Shown one piece after another: positions 1 to 8,448 of a stretch of DNA of 29,010 nucleotides (the first letter of the stretch is position 1; every line of letters begins with the position of its first letter). The position numbers were made by a program, and so were the translations under genes. Origin of the DNA: a bacterium (GTDB lineage Bacteria > Fidelibacterota > Marinisomatia > Marinisomatales > UBA1611); the NCBI GenBank assembly GCA_038127595.1, contig JAYPIC010000017.1, forward strand, positions 1 to 29,010, given 5' to 3'. The notes under the pieces are model-generated. The model was not told the DNA's origin. It saw only the letters and a program-made list of their open reading frames with translations, and ran no database searches.

Positions 1-984
1 TACTGCATTTGTATCAGGTTTCAGTGATCCAGACCCAGGCCCTCCATAGCCTAAATGATCAAAGTGAGCACCAATAATAACGAATTCGTCACGATATTTA
101 TGGTTTCTACTAATGATTTTTCCAATCACGTTTGCTGCTCTTGAATAGATATCTTTTAATTCTACATTTGCTGTGATTTTTACATCAGGTATAGTAAATG
201 ATTCTGATTTTAAGCTCCTATTCATCTTATTTTGAATTATTTCTCTTGAACTTCCAACTGATCTTAAAATATCATCAGCAACTTCATTAGCTAAGTGGAT
301 TGCAGGAATGCCTGACTTAGAATATCCCGGGATATATTTAAAGGGAATTAATGTTGAATCTTCTATTTGTGAAATAAAAATAATTCCTGCTGCACCTCTA
401 TCTCTTGCCTCGATCATTTTATTATGAAGGTCGGAGTGAGGTGCATATGCACTATGGGGATTTTCTCGTTCTGGACTATGCCTCATTACCATTACCCATT
501 TACCATCAATATCAAGATCTTTATAATCATTCCAAATTAATGAGTCGGTTATCATATTAATCCCATAACCAGCAAAAACAATATCACCTGATAAACTAGC
601 ATTTCCAGAAAACCAGAGAGGTATGTAGTCTTTTTCTATACTTAATGGTCTGTCATTTATTTTAAGAGAGTTATTTTTTCCTATTTTAACGCTATCAAGG
701 ATGCTAAAAGTTTGTTTGAATGAACTTCCCTCTCCAGCTTGTTGAACTCCAAATGTTTTAAATTGATTAATAATGTACGCAATAACATCTTTAGATTCTC
801 TAGTACCAGGGTATCTACCAGCTCTTTTGTCGTCAGATAAAAACTTTATATGTTCAATGATATCTTTATTTTCGATTTCAGGAGAACCTACATCCCCAGG
901 TCCGATTTGGCGAAACCAGAAAAAACAAAGACCCACTATTATAATTACTAAAATAGTTGATAATAAGCTTTTGTTTTCAGTCAT
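1..984 (-). CDS. M28 family aminopeptidase with PA domain (runs off the window edge; not in supplied ORF track)
   Basis: Manual minus-strand translation from ATG at 984 gives MTENKSLLSTILVIIIVGLCFFWF (N-terminal anchor), then IEHIKFLSDDKRAGRYPGT, IVFAGYGI...WNDYKDLDIDGKWVMV (PA domain) and ANVIGKI...EFVIIGAHFDHLGYGG (M28 Zn-ligand region). Confidence 0.88.
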   Translation of the reverse strand, partial: MTENKSLLSTILVIIIVGLCFFWFRQIGPGDVGSPEIENKDIIEHIKFLSDDKRAGRYPGTRESKDVIAYIINQFKTFGVQQAGEGSSFKQTFSILDSVKIGKNNSLKINDRPLSIEKDYIPLWFSGNASLSGDIVFAGYGINMITDSLIWNDYKDLDIDGKWVMVMRHSPERENPHSAYAPHSDLHNKMIEARDRGAAGIIFISQIEDSTLIPFKYIPGYSKSGIPAIHLANEVADDILRSVGSSREIIQNKMNRSLKSESFTIPDVKITANVELKDIYSRAANVIGKIISRNHKYRDEFVIIGAHFDHLGYGGPGSGSLKPDTNAV

Positions 985-1023
985 AATAAAGTTTTCTTGG
1001 CTTAATTTAACACTATTGAATTT

Positions 1024-1404
1024 ATGTCTGTAAAAAACAATAATATTAGTATTAAAGTAATTCCACACTTTGTTAAAAGCAGGTCATCGCCAGAGAATTC
1101 TATTTTTTTATTTTCTTATGATGTTAAAATAAAAAACAATGGTGATTCAGAGGTCCAACTGTTATCTAGATATTGGCATATTCAAGATGGAGATGGGAAT
1201 GTTGAAGAGGTTCGTGGTCCTGGAGTAATCGGTTTACAACCGTTAATAAAACCCGGTATGACGTTTGAGTACTCTAGTTTTTGTCCTTTGAAAACACCAC
1301 TTGGGATAATGAGTGGGTCGTATCAAATGAAGCTTAAATCAGAAGAAACATTTGATGCGCCAATTCCAGCATTCTCTTTACATGCTACTGAACATATTGA
1401 CTAG
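1024..1404 (+). CDS. apaG: ApaG domain protein
   Basis: Motifs FSYDVKIKN, QLLSRYWHIQDGDG..EEVRGPGVIG.QP, FEYSSFCPLKTP.G.MSGSYQM; 126 aa is typical for ApaG. Confidence 0.95.
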   Translation: MSVKNNNISIKVIPHFVKSRSSPENSIFLFSYDVKIKNNGDSEVQLLSRYWHIQDGDGNVEEVRGPGVIGLQPLIKPGMTFEYSSFCPLKTPLGIMSGSYQMKLKSEETFDAPIPAFSLHATEHID

Positions 1405-2127
1405 TAAGTCAATTAATTTATAGCCCAAGAATATCAACACTACCCATTTACCATACAAGCCCAGTAAATGAATGGGTTTTGTGATTTTTCTTATTTGCGT
1501 TTTACCATTTTTGAATTTAGTTGGTTCTTCATCTGTTGCTACTGAACTATATTGCCAAAGGTTATACCCAAAGGTTTTAACTACATTAATATGAGTGGTT
1601 GTAAAAGATTCGCTCTTATACATTTCTTTATACTTATTAATTGGGAGGATATAGTCTCCAGCATCTAAAATGTTCATAAGGACGTTGGAAAAATACTTTC
1701 CATCTATTAAGGCTGGCTCTATCCCTAATATTTTACCATTACTTTTCAATACTCTTCGAAATTCTTTGAATATGAGTTTGCAAGATTTTGCATTAATATG
1801 GTGAAGGCATAAAGAAACAAATATTATGTCAAAGGAATTATCTGCCCAGGGCAACTTATCTTCCGAAGAATTAATTATTGGAATCTTTTCAAATTTATAT
1901 TTTGGATATTTTCCCCCAGAGCTTTCTACTCTACTAGAATCAACTTCAGAGCCAATATAGTCTTCTGGGTTAAACAATTTAGAATTCGAGCCCGTACCGC
2001 AGCCAAAGTCTAAAACTTTCATGCCCTTGTTATAATGTTCATTAACAAAATCAAATGTTGTTCTACCTTGTAAAGGGACCACAATATTTCTGTAGGCTAA
2101 TGTTTCTAATTTTTCAAAAATCTTCAT
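1378..2127 (-). CDS. Class I SAM-dependent methyltransferase with C-terminal hydrophobic helix
   Basis: Motif I VLDFGCGTG, LPWADNSFDII, LHH and FRRVLKSNG; C-terminal LLGLYGKWVVLIFLGYKLIDLLV. Confidence 0.85.
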   Translation of the reverse strand: MKIFEKLETLAYRNIVVPLQGRTTFDFVNEHYNKGMKVLDFGCGTGSNSKLFNPEDYIGSEVDSSRVESSGGKYPKYKFEKIPIINSSEDKLPWADNSFDIIFVSLCLHHINAKSCKLIFKEFRRVLKSNGKILGIEPALIDGKYFSNVLMNILDAGDYILPINKYKEMYKSESFTTTHINVVKTFGYNLWQYSSVATDEEPTKFKNGKTQIRKITKPIHLLGLYGKWVVLIFLGYKLIDLLVNMFSSM

Positions 2128-2130
2128 TTT

Positions 2131-3096
2131 TTAATTTCTGTAAAGTGATAATATCCATAAACAGTCTTCTTTTGTAATAGGCTTCCCAAGTCTTCCTGCT
2201 ATCTCTGCTTGCATTTTGTTTCTTTGCCCTAATAAAACGCATGCTGTAGGGTTATCAAATAATACTGCTCCGAGTAGTGACTGCATTATTGCATCCTCGC
2301 CAAAACTTGAGAATTTTGATTCAATTTTTTTTCTGTTTTTTTTCATTTTTTTAATGAATTCCATATCTTTGAATTCTTTTACGGATCTTCTAAAGTCCCC
2401 TTTTGGAAAATCGGGTATAGAGTTGTACTTACCTGTGAGTATTCCATGTTTAATAGGTGAAAAAAAACACACTCCTAGATTATTTTTTGTAATGTGATCT
2501 TTCAACCCTGAGGTCTCATATTCAATATCATAAACATTATATAATGGTTGGACTACATCTGGGTCCACAATATCAATATATTTCATTATTCTACTGGCTG
2601 ACCAGTCAGATAATCCAATGAATCGAGTTTTACCTTCTTCCTTAAAACGTATTAATTGCTCGATTGCTCCTTCTAGAAATTCATCTTTTTTACCAAAATT
2701 GCAGTGGTGTAAGTAAAACAAATCTACACAATCAGTTTTAAGGTTTATTAAAGATTGCTCCATTTTTGTTCTGATGTAATCCGAATTGTACCAGTATTTA
2801 TTTGGGCCTTTATCCCATCCGACTTTTGTCGCAAGAAAAATATTGTTCCTTGAAATTTCATTCCACATTGAGCCAATTATTTTCTCTGAATGTCCATCCC
2901 CGTACACATCTGCAGTGTCCCAATGATTTATACCTAATGAAAATGATTGTAATAATGCATCTTTTGAGTCTTGATCAGATTGATTAGACCAACCAACACT
3001 TGCACCATTGTCTGTGTTTTGTTTTCCGTGCGACCAAGCTCCAAGACTAATTACAGATATGGATTCTTCTGTTCTGCCTAATATAACTTTTTTCAT
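2131..3096 (-). CDS. Aldo/keto reductase
   Basis: LGRT...ISVISLGAW, GINHWDTADVYGDGHSE (catalytic D/Y), IFLATKVG, SLINLKTDCVDLFYLH and GKTRFIGLS. Confidence 0.93.
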   Translation of the reverse strand: MKKVILGRTEESISVISLGAWSHGKQNTDNGASVGWSNQSDQDSKDALLQSFSLGINHWDTADVYGDGHSEKIIGSMWNEISRNNIFLATKVGWDKGPNKYWYNSDYIRTKMEQSLINLKTDCVDLFYLHHCNFGKKDEFLEGAIEQLIRFKEEGKTRFIGLSDWSASRIMKYIDIVDPDVVQPLYNVYDIEYETSGLKDHITKNNLGVCFFSPIKHGILTGKYNSIPDFPKGDFRRSVKEFKDMEFIKKMKKNRKKIESKFSSFGEDAIMQSLLGAVLFDNPTACVLLGQRNKMQAEIAGRLGKPITKEDCLWILSLYRN

Positions 3097-3152
3097 TTAT
3101 TTTTATGAAATAGGGTAGATAGTTTCATATAGGTTATTAAAATTTATGCATT

Positions 3153-3488
3153 ATGAAGCGTGAATATTTAAAAATTTTGGATATTGGACATAGCGGGAAT
3201 TCTCCAGACAGAGCAATGATAATATTGGAAACGGCAGTTAGTCAGTGCTCGTTCGAAAATAAAACCAAAGTAATTAAAGTTATTACAGGGCATGGTTCCG
3301 GGAAGCTGCGTAATGCTGTAAGAGACTGGTGTAAAGATCAAGATGGTAGATTTAAAGATGTGATCTATGGTGAGGATTATGATATGTTTAATAAAGCTGC
3401 GGTTGATATGAGAAGTGATTGTGACCAGCCATACGACATTGATTTTGGTAGAAAAAATGCAGCTGTAACCTATATATGGTTAAGATGA
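3153..3488 (+). CDS. Stand-alone Smr (small MutS-related) domain protein
   Basis: LDIGH (LDLH-like), KVITGHGSGKLRNAVRDW and a C-terminal NAAVTYIWL strand. Confidence 0.75.
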   Translation: MKREYLKILDIGHSGNSPDRAMIILETAVSQCSFENKTKVIKVITGHGSGKLRNAVRDWCKDQDGRFKDVIYGEDYDMFNKAAVDMRSDCDQPYDIDFGRKNAAVTYIWLR

Positions 3489-3501
3489 TAGGAAGGTAAA
3501 A

Positions 3502-4077
3502 ATGGCAATAAAAAACAGTTTATTCATAATAATAGTCATTCAATTTTTTAATTGTGCTGGAACAAACTATAAAAAACTCAGCATTGAAAACCCCGCCAAA
3601 CTAGTAGCAGTTCAAGACTCTCTTCTTTTAGTTAGTGGCGACAATCAACGCATTAGAGATGCGTTGGTTACTGCAAATAATAGTGTTGCAAAAGGATATT
3701 TAAATGCCGGCGATTTAAAATCGGCTGCTCAATACTTTAATAAATCAACTTCTATAGATGGCGATAATAAGGACTCTAAATTCGGGCTTTTGATTGCCGA
3801 GGGGAGAATATTAATTAAAAAAGGCAATAAAAATGGAATATGGGATGCGATTGAAAAGTTTTCTAGAGCATCATCTCTATTCCCAAGAAATGGTGAGCCA
3901 TTTTACTGGATGGCTAAATCTTATACAAAGTTAGGCGATACAGAATTTGATTTAATTCTTGAATCATATGAAAAATCTTTAGCGCTAGATTTAGATGAAG
4001 GTTTACGATTAGAAGTTGAAAAAAACTATAAAATAGCTAAAAATCGAAAAAGTAAATTAGATTCTTTTTGGAAATAA
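3502..4077 (+). CDS. TPR-repeat protein, probable lipoprotein
   Basis: Basic N-terminus, hydrophobic stretch and FFNC-A lipobox-like Cys; TPR-like helices (AAQYFNKSTSIDGDN, AIEKFSRASSLFPRNGEPFYWMAKSY, YEKSLALD). SD-like GGAAGG upstream. Confidence 0.7.
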   Translation: MAIKNSLFIIIVIQFFNCAGTNYKKLSIENPAKLVAVQDSLLLVSGDNQRIRDALVTANNSVAKGYLNAGDLKSAAQYFNKSTSIDGDNKDSKFGLLIAEGRILIKKGNKNGIWDAIEKFSRASSLFPRNGEPFYWMAKSYTKLGDTEFDLILESYEKSLALDLDEGLRLEVEKNYKIAKNRKSKLDSFWK

Positions 4078-4129
4078 AATATCTTCACTCCTTAATTAAT
4101 GTGAGTATTTGTTAATTATTTATATTTTC

Positions 4130-4158
4130 TTGACACGTGATTGATTATTAAGTAAAAT
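4130..4158 (+). promoter_or_regulatory. sigma70-type promoter of the motor-like operon
   Basis: TTGACA (4130-4135), 17-nt spacer, TAAAAT (4153-4158), with AT-rich sequence upstream; GAGG RBS at 4204-4207 before ATG 4214. Confidence 0.8.
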
Positions 4159-4213
4159 TGCTCCCACTCTGCATTGAAAGATGCGAAGTGACTTAAAATA
4201 TCCGAGGTAAGAA

Positions 4214-5368
4214 ATGAGATCACAATTGAGCTTTATTAGGCGAGTTGTATGCTCGCTGTATGTTCTGTTGCTTTTTGGGCACTCAGTGTCATTTGCTGCA
4301 GAAAAATATGACTTAAAAGGTACTGTTAGAGGTATAGATGATAAGGTAACTGTTGAACTTGCTGGTACTAAAAAAGATGACAAAACCAATAGAGATGGTG
4401 AGTTTAAGTTAAACAATGTTTTGGAAGGCGAATATACTTTACAGGTCATTGCTGACAAAAAAGTAATTCATGAACAATCTATTAAAGTAGATAGTGACAA
4501 TGATAATTTAGAAATTAACGTTGGCTCTTCATCTGCTATAGTTGATAAGACGATCATTTCTGCTGCAGCCACAAGTTCTGTTAGTCAAGAAGTTTCTTCA
4601 GTACCTGTTCCCCAAACAGCAGAAGCTAGCGGAGGAGCATCTAATGATTTTATTTTAAATGAACTTAATTTTGAAATAAAAAAACTAACAGCAGAGTTCA
4701 AGCATCTAAGTAGAGAAATGGATGATCTTAAAGCTTTAAGTAAAATGTGGATCAATCCATTAACTATTTATTCGAAAGAAATAATTTTAAAAAATGGTAG
4801 TACAGTTTTTGGGAAAATTGTATATCAAGATGATAAATCCCTAAAAGTTGAGACCTTGGTTGGTTATTTAATAATAAAGAGAGATGAGGTAGTTCGAATT
4901 GTTGATAATGTTATAACCGAAGATCAGCAAGAATATGTTCCAGAGCAAATTAGAGAAAGTTATGCTCCACCTCCTATGCCCAAATTGACTGTTCCTAAGT
5001 ACACATCTTCAAGTGTCTCTAATAGAGATGCTGGTGAAAAGTTCTCAGCCAATTGCGTTTTAATGGGTAACATATCAGAAAAAAAGGATACACAAGGGAA
5101 TGTTGTTTTTAATGGTGAAATTAAAAACATAGGTGGTAGAAGAGCAGATTTTGTAAAAATGGATTTTGTATTTAGAAAAAATTGGAGCGGAGAAACCCGC
5201 ACATTGACAACATTCATACAAGGTTCTTACAATACTTTCGATAGTGGAATTGTTTCTGATGCTAGCCTGTTGCCAGGAGCTCTAGGGAAGTTCGAATTGT
5301 ATGTTCCTCAAGACTTTGGGTCTTTCATTGGTTATTCCTATGTAATTGATTGGGAAGAGTATCAGTAG
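4214..5368 (+). CDS. Exported multidomain protein: carboxypeptidase-regulatory-like beta-sandwich, coiled coil, small beta domain, C-terminal Ig/FxLYD-like domain
   Basis: Signal peptide ending SFA-AE; LKGTV...TNRDGEFKLNNVLEGEYTLQV (prealbumin-like fold); heptads LNELNFEIKKLTAEFKHLSREMDDLKAL; IILKNGSTVFGKIV; VVFNGEIKNIGG...LLPGALGKFEL. Confidence 0.6.
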   Translation: MRSQLSFIRRVVCSLYVLLLFGHSVSFAAEKYDLKGTVRGIDDKVTVELAGTKKDDKTNRDGEFKLNNVLEGEYTLQVIADKKVIHEQSIKVDSDNDNLEINVGSSSAIVDKTIISAAATSSVSQEVSSVPVPQTAEASGGASNDFILNELNFEIKKLTAEFKHLSREMDDLKALSKMWINPLTIYSKEIILKNGSTVFGKIVYQDDKSLKVETLVGYLIIKRDEVVRIVDNVITEDQQEYVPEQIRESYAPPPMPKLTVPKYTSSSVSNRDAGEKFSANCVLMGNISEKKDTQGNVVFNGEIKNIGGRRADFVKMDFVFRKNWSGETRTLTTFIQGSYNTFDSGIVSDASLLPGALGKFELYVPQDFGSFIGYSYVIDWEEYQ

Positions 5369-5378
5369 AAAATATTTT

Positions 5379-6260
5379 ATGATAATAAAATTACTATATA
5401 TCATTTCAGTATCTCTTGCTTCATATGTCTTCGGCCAAGATGTAGACGAGAATACTTTTCTACCTGATATGGGAGTAGTTATTCAGTCTGCGGATAAGTC
5501 TAGCAAACCAGAGCCTCCATTAGAAAAAAACCGTGTAGTAAAGTTGAACAATATGACTGATAAAAAAGAATCTAATTTTGTTTTTAAAGCTAAAGCATCT
5601 GATATGATTTCATCCATTGATAGAATTACTAGCCATGTTAGCAATCTAGAAAAAGATTATCAGTCCAAGATAGAACAGTTAGAAGCAGAAAATTCCAATT
5701 TAAGAAATCAAATTATCAGTTTAAACCATAGACTTAATTCAGAAATATTAAATGTTAGTTCAACCGAAGTTGAATCAGTCAAGCCAGAAATTGAAGTGTC
5801 TCTTCCACTAGAAATATCATCCGCTGACAACGGTATTGTTGAAGAAGTTGATCCTCAGACAGAAAATATTAGTCATAAAATAAAACTTAAAGATTTTGAT
5901 GAAGATCTCTATATAGAAGGTGTTATACATTATAATAATGAAAAGTTTGATGAGTGTATTGAAAATTTAGGAGTACTTCCTTTTGAAAAAGGTGAGCCTA
6001 GAAATGCTACAAAAGGATTATTTCTGCTTGCTGATTCTTATGAAAAAATTGGAAGGTACAAGCAGGCTTTGCTTTGTTTAGAAAAATTAACATCGTTTAA
6101 TGACCCTCTCTATTCTGAATTAGTTCTTTTTAAAAAAGGAATAATTTATAGAGATATTGGTATGAGGGATAAGGCTCAGAAAGTGTTTCAAACATTAGTT
6201 AACTTTTACCCTGATAGTGAGTATAAAGCATTTGCTGAACAGGAAATACAAAACATATAG
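5379..6260 (+). CDS. Exported coiled-coil + TPR protein, CpoB/YbgF-like architecture
   Basis: ATG 5379 preferred over TTG 5346 because it puts a signal peptide (MIIKLLYIISVSLASYVFG-Q) at the N-terminus. Coiled coil IEQLEAENSNLRNQIISL; three C-terminal TPRs ending AQKVFQTLVNFYPDSEYKAFAEQ. Confidence 0.7.
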   Translation: MIIKLLYIISVSLASYVFGQDVDENTFLPDMGVVIQSADKSSKPEPPLEKNRVVKLNNMTDKKESNFVFKAKASDMISSIDRITSHVSNLEKDYQSKIEQLEAENSNLRNQIISLNHRLNSEILNVSSTEVESVKPEIEVSLPLEISSADNGIVEEVDPQTENISHKIKLKDFDEDLYIEGVIHYNNEKFDECIENLGVLPFEKGEPRNATKGLFLLADSYEKIGRYKQALLCLEKLTSFNDPLYSELVLFKKGIIYRDIGMRDKAQKVFQTLVNFYPDSEYKAFAEQEIQNI

Positions 6261-6267
6261 CATTTAA

Positions 6268-7647
6268 ATGAATAGCAAAAAAAATATATTATTTATACTT
6301 ATATTTTTGTCAAGTATGATTTTTGCATCTGCTCGAGTTGCTTACACTCGCCCTGGTTTAATGATGAGAATTCCAACATCTAGCGTTGAAAAAGCTCCTT
6401 ATATTTTTAGGACTGGCTTTGGGGTAGAGCTCCACAATTTTGACCCCATCAACACAGCTAAAGGTGTTTACTTTGATATGGAATTTGCAAAAGGATTTTC
6501 TGCAGGATTTTCTGCTGTACAAGGGGGAGATACGACAGCTTTAAATTTGATTTCTGAATCTCAATATTCTCCACAAGTAGAATTTGGGTTTCATTTTCAA
6601 CAAAGAATTTTTGTTTATAATGATATTTCTCTTTCAGCAGGTTTGCAAGATATTGTCTTCCAAAACAACCAAGACGACGAACAAGTTTTAAGTTTAAATA
6701 CTGACCTTTTATCTTTTTTTCTAGTGCTTGCTAGTGAGAAAGATTTAGGTGATTATAAGATGAGCACTTTCATGGGTTTCGGTACTGGAGGCCTAGGCCC
6801 GATGGATAGTGTCAAAGTAATAAGTGATTCAGCACAAACGGCAAATGCGGGTGTCTTTGTTGGATTCTTATTGAAAACGCCCTACTTCGGTAGAACTGGT
6901 GGAATGGATATTGTGGGTGAATTCGATGGAACAGGTGTCAATGTGGGACTCCGCATCCCCCTTACCTCGGATTACCGCCTGAACCTTGGGTTCGCCCACA
7001 TAGAGCGTTTACCTAGCTGGAAGACTCGCTATTGGACTGGTCATCCAGCATTTACTGTGGGTTTTGATATGGCAGTACCAAGAGTAGGTGGCGCGTTGCG
7101 ATCCACTTCTAGTGGTCCATCTAATCAGCCTTTGCCGTTAGGTAATGCGTTTCGTTCTGAAAGCGGCTCTATCCCTGCTTATATGGATTCTACGATTGCG
7201 ATGGCTGATTTTACCGTATTGTCGCTAAGAGACTCTATGTCCATGATGAATAATGAAATGCGAAATTTGATGGTACAATTATCTGCTTTGGAGCAAGAAT
7301 CACAATTTCTTGTGGATTCATTGAAACAGCTAAAACTCAGTAAAAATGTCCAAGAAAAAAATATGAATGAGGCTATGAGACACTTATCAAGAAGCCTTAG
7401 ATATTTTTACGCAGGTGATTTTCGTGAGGCACTAAAGGAAGTTGATTTATCATTGGAACTGAAACCTGATTTAGCTTTAGCTTACGCAAGGCGTGGTTCT
7501 ATATATTATAAGTTAGGTGATGTTCAAAGAGCCACGATAAATTGGAATCTCGCACTTAGGTTAGATCCTGAGTATGATGATGTCAGGAATATTTTAAAGG
7601 CGCTTCATGAGAATCGTCTTAAAGAAGCTAATTTGTTTGAGGAGTAA
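6268..7647 (+). CDS. Exported protein: putative outer-membrane beta-barrel (YjbH-like) N-domain, coiled coil, C-terminal TPRs
   Basis: Signal peptide; amphipathic Gly/aromatic strands (VEFGFHFQQ, GVFVGFLL, IVGEFDGTGVNVGLRIPLTSDYRLNLGF, FTVGFDM); coiled coil MNNEMRNLMVQLSALEQESQFLVDSLKQL; clear TPRs LALAYARRGSIYYKLGDVQRATINWNLALRLDPE. Confidence 0.6.
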   Translation: MNSKKNILFILIFLSSMIFASARVAYTRPGLMMRIPTSSVEKAPYIFRTGFGVELHNFDPINTAKGVYFDMEFAKGFSAGFSAVQGGDTTALNLISESQYSPQVEFGFHFQQRIFVYNDISLSAGLQDIVFQNNQDDEQVLSLNTDLLSFFLVLASEKDLGDYKMSTFMGFGTGGLGPMDSVKVISDSAQTANAGVFVGFLLKTPYFGRTGGMDIVGEFDGTGVNVGLRIPLTSDYRLNLGFAHIERLPSWKTRYWTGHPAFTVGFDMAVPRVGGALRSTSSGPSNQPLPLGNAFRSESGSIPAYMDSTIAMADFTVLSLRDSMSMMNNEMRNLMVQLSALEQESQFLVDSLKQLKLSKNVQEKNMNEAMRHLSRSLRYFYAGDFREALKEVDLSLELKPDLALAYARRGSIYYKLGDVQRATINWNLALRLDPEYDDVRNILKALHENRLKEANLFEE

Positions 7648-7650
7648 AAC

Positions 7651-8439
7651 ATGGATATTGCTTTAATTATAGGAGTTATATTTGGTTTTGTTTGTATGAT
7701 AGGTAGTATTGCTTATGCTCTTTTTGTTGAGGGTTCAGCAGGGGGATTTGGTAACTTTCTATCTGCGCCAAGTTTTGGAATTGTATTTGGAGGTATGATT
7801 GCGTCTATATTTGTGGCATTCCCAATGCCTCATGTTGTCGCTCTAGGAAAAGCTATCGGTGCGGTGCTAAAGCCTGCAGATGATAAAATGGGGCCACTTG
7901 TAGATGAAGCTGTTGAAGTAGCTGAAGTTGGTAGAAAAGGTGCAGCTGACCTTGAAAAATCTGTTGATGGTATAAAAAATTACTTTTTTAAGGATGGTGT
8001 TCAGATGGTTGTAGATGGCTATTCTTTAGACGAAATAACTGAAATCATGGAAACTAGAATTGAATATAGAGAAAAAAGAGAAAACGTTCAGAAATCAATG
8101 TTAAAGTCAATGGGTGATTTAGCTCCAGCATGGGGTATGGTAGGTACTCTTATTGGTCTTGTACTTATGTTAGCTGGTTTTGGGGGTGAAGGAGGAGCAG
8201 ACAACTTAGGTGGTGGTATGGCTGCAGCTCTAATTACCACTCTTTATGGTGCTGTTTTTGCAAATTTATTTTTTCTACCAATGGCAGATAAGATGGGCAA
8301 TAAAACTACTCAAACATCGATGTCAGCAGCGTTATTAGTAGAAGCTGCTAGGTTAATCCATCAGAAAAAGCATCCTTTAATTGTTCGTGAAAAATTAAAT
8401 TCATTCATACCTCCTGGAGAGTGGAAAACAGAGGGCTAA
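7651..8439 (+). CDS. motA: Flagellar-type stator A subunit (MotA/PomA family)
   Basis: Four TM segments; MD...IG N-terminus, F.S.PSFGIVFGG, RKG...LE, FFKDGVQMVVDG, APAWGMVGTLIGLVLML, MAAALITTLYGAVFANLFFLP and HPLIVREKLNSF. Confidence 0.93.
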   Translation: MDIALIIGVIFGFVCMIGSIAYALFVEGSAGGFGNFLSAPSFGIVFGGMIASIFVAFPMPHVVALGKAIGAVLKPADDKMGPLVDEAVEVAEVGRKGAADLEKSVDGIKNYFFKDGVQMVVDGYSLDEITEIMETRIEYREKRENVQKSMLKSMGDLAPAWGMVGTLIGLVLMLAGFGGEGGADNLGGGMAAALITTLYGAVFANLFFLPMADKMGNKTTQTSMSAALLVEAARLIHQKKHPLIVREKLNSFIPPGEWKTEG

Positions 8440-8448
8440 GGTTTTCTT

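Noticed and set aside
773..1033. 86-aa plus-strand ORF
   Set aside because: Antisense shadow of the M28 peptidase gene.
2216..2987. Plus-strand ORFs 2216-2497 and 2802-2987
   Set aside because: Antisense to the aldo/keto reductase; no recognisable motifs.
3153..4077. Smr and TPR-lipoprotein genes as members of the motor operon
   Set aside because: Co-oriented, but separated by a 136-nt gap containing a strong promoter of its own; membership unsupported without synteny data.
4120..5217. Minus-strand ORFs 4120-4458 and 4960-5217
   Set aside because: Antisense shadows of the 4214-5368 gene.
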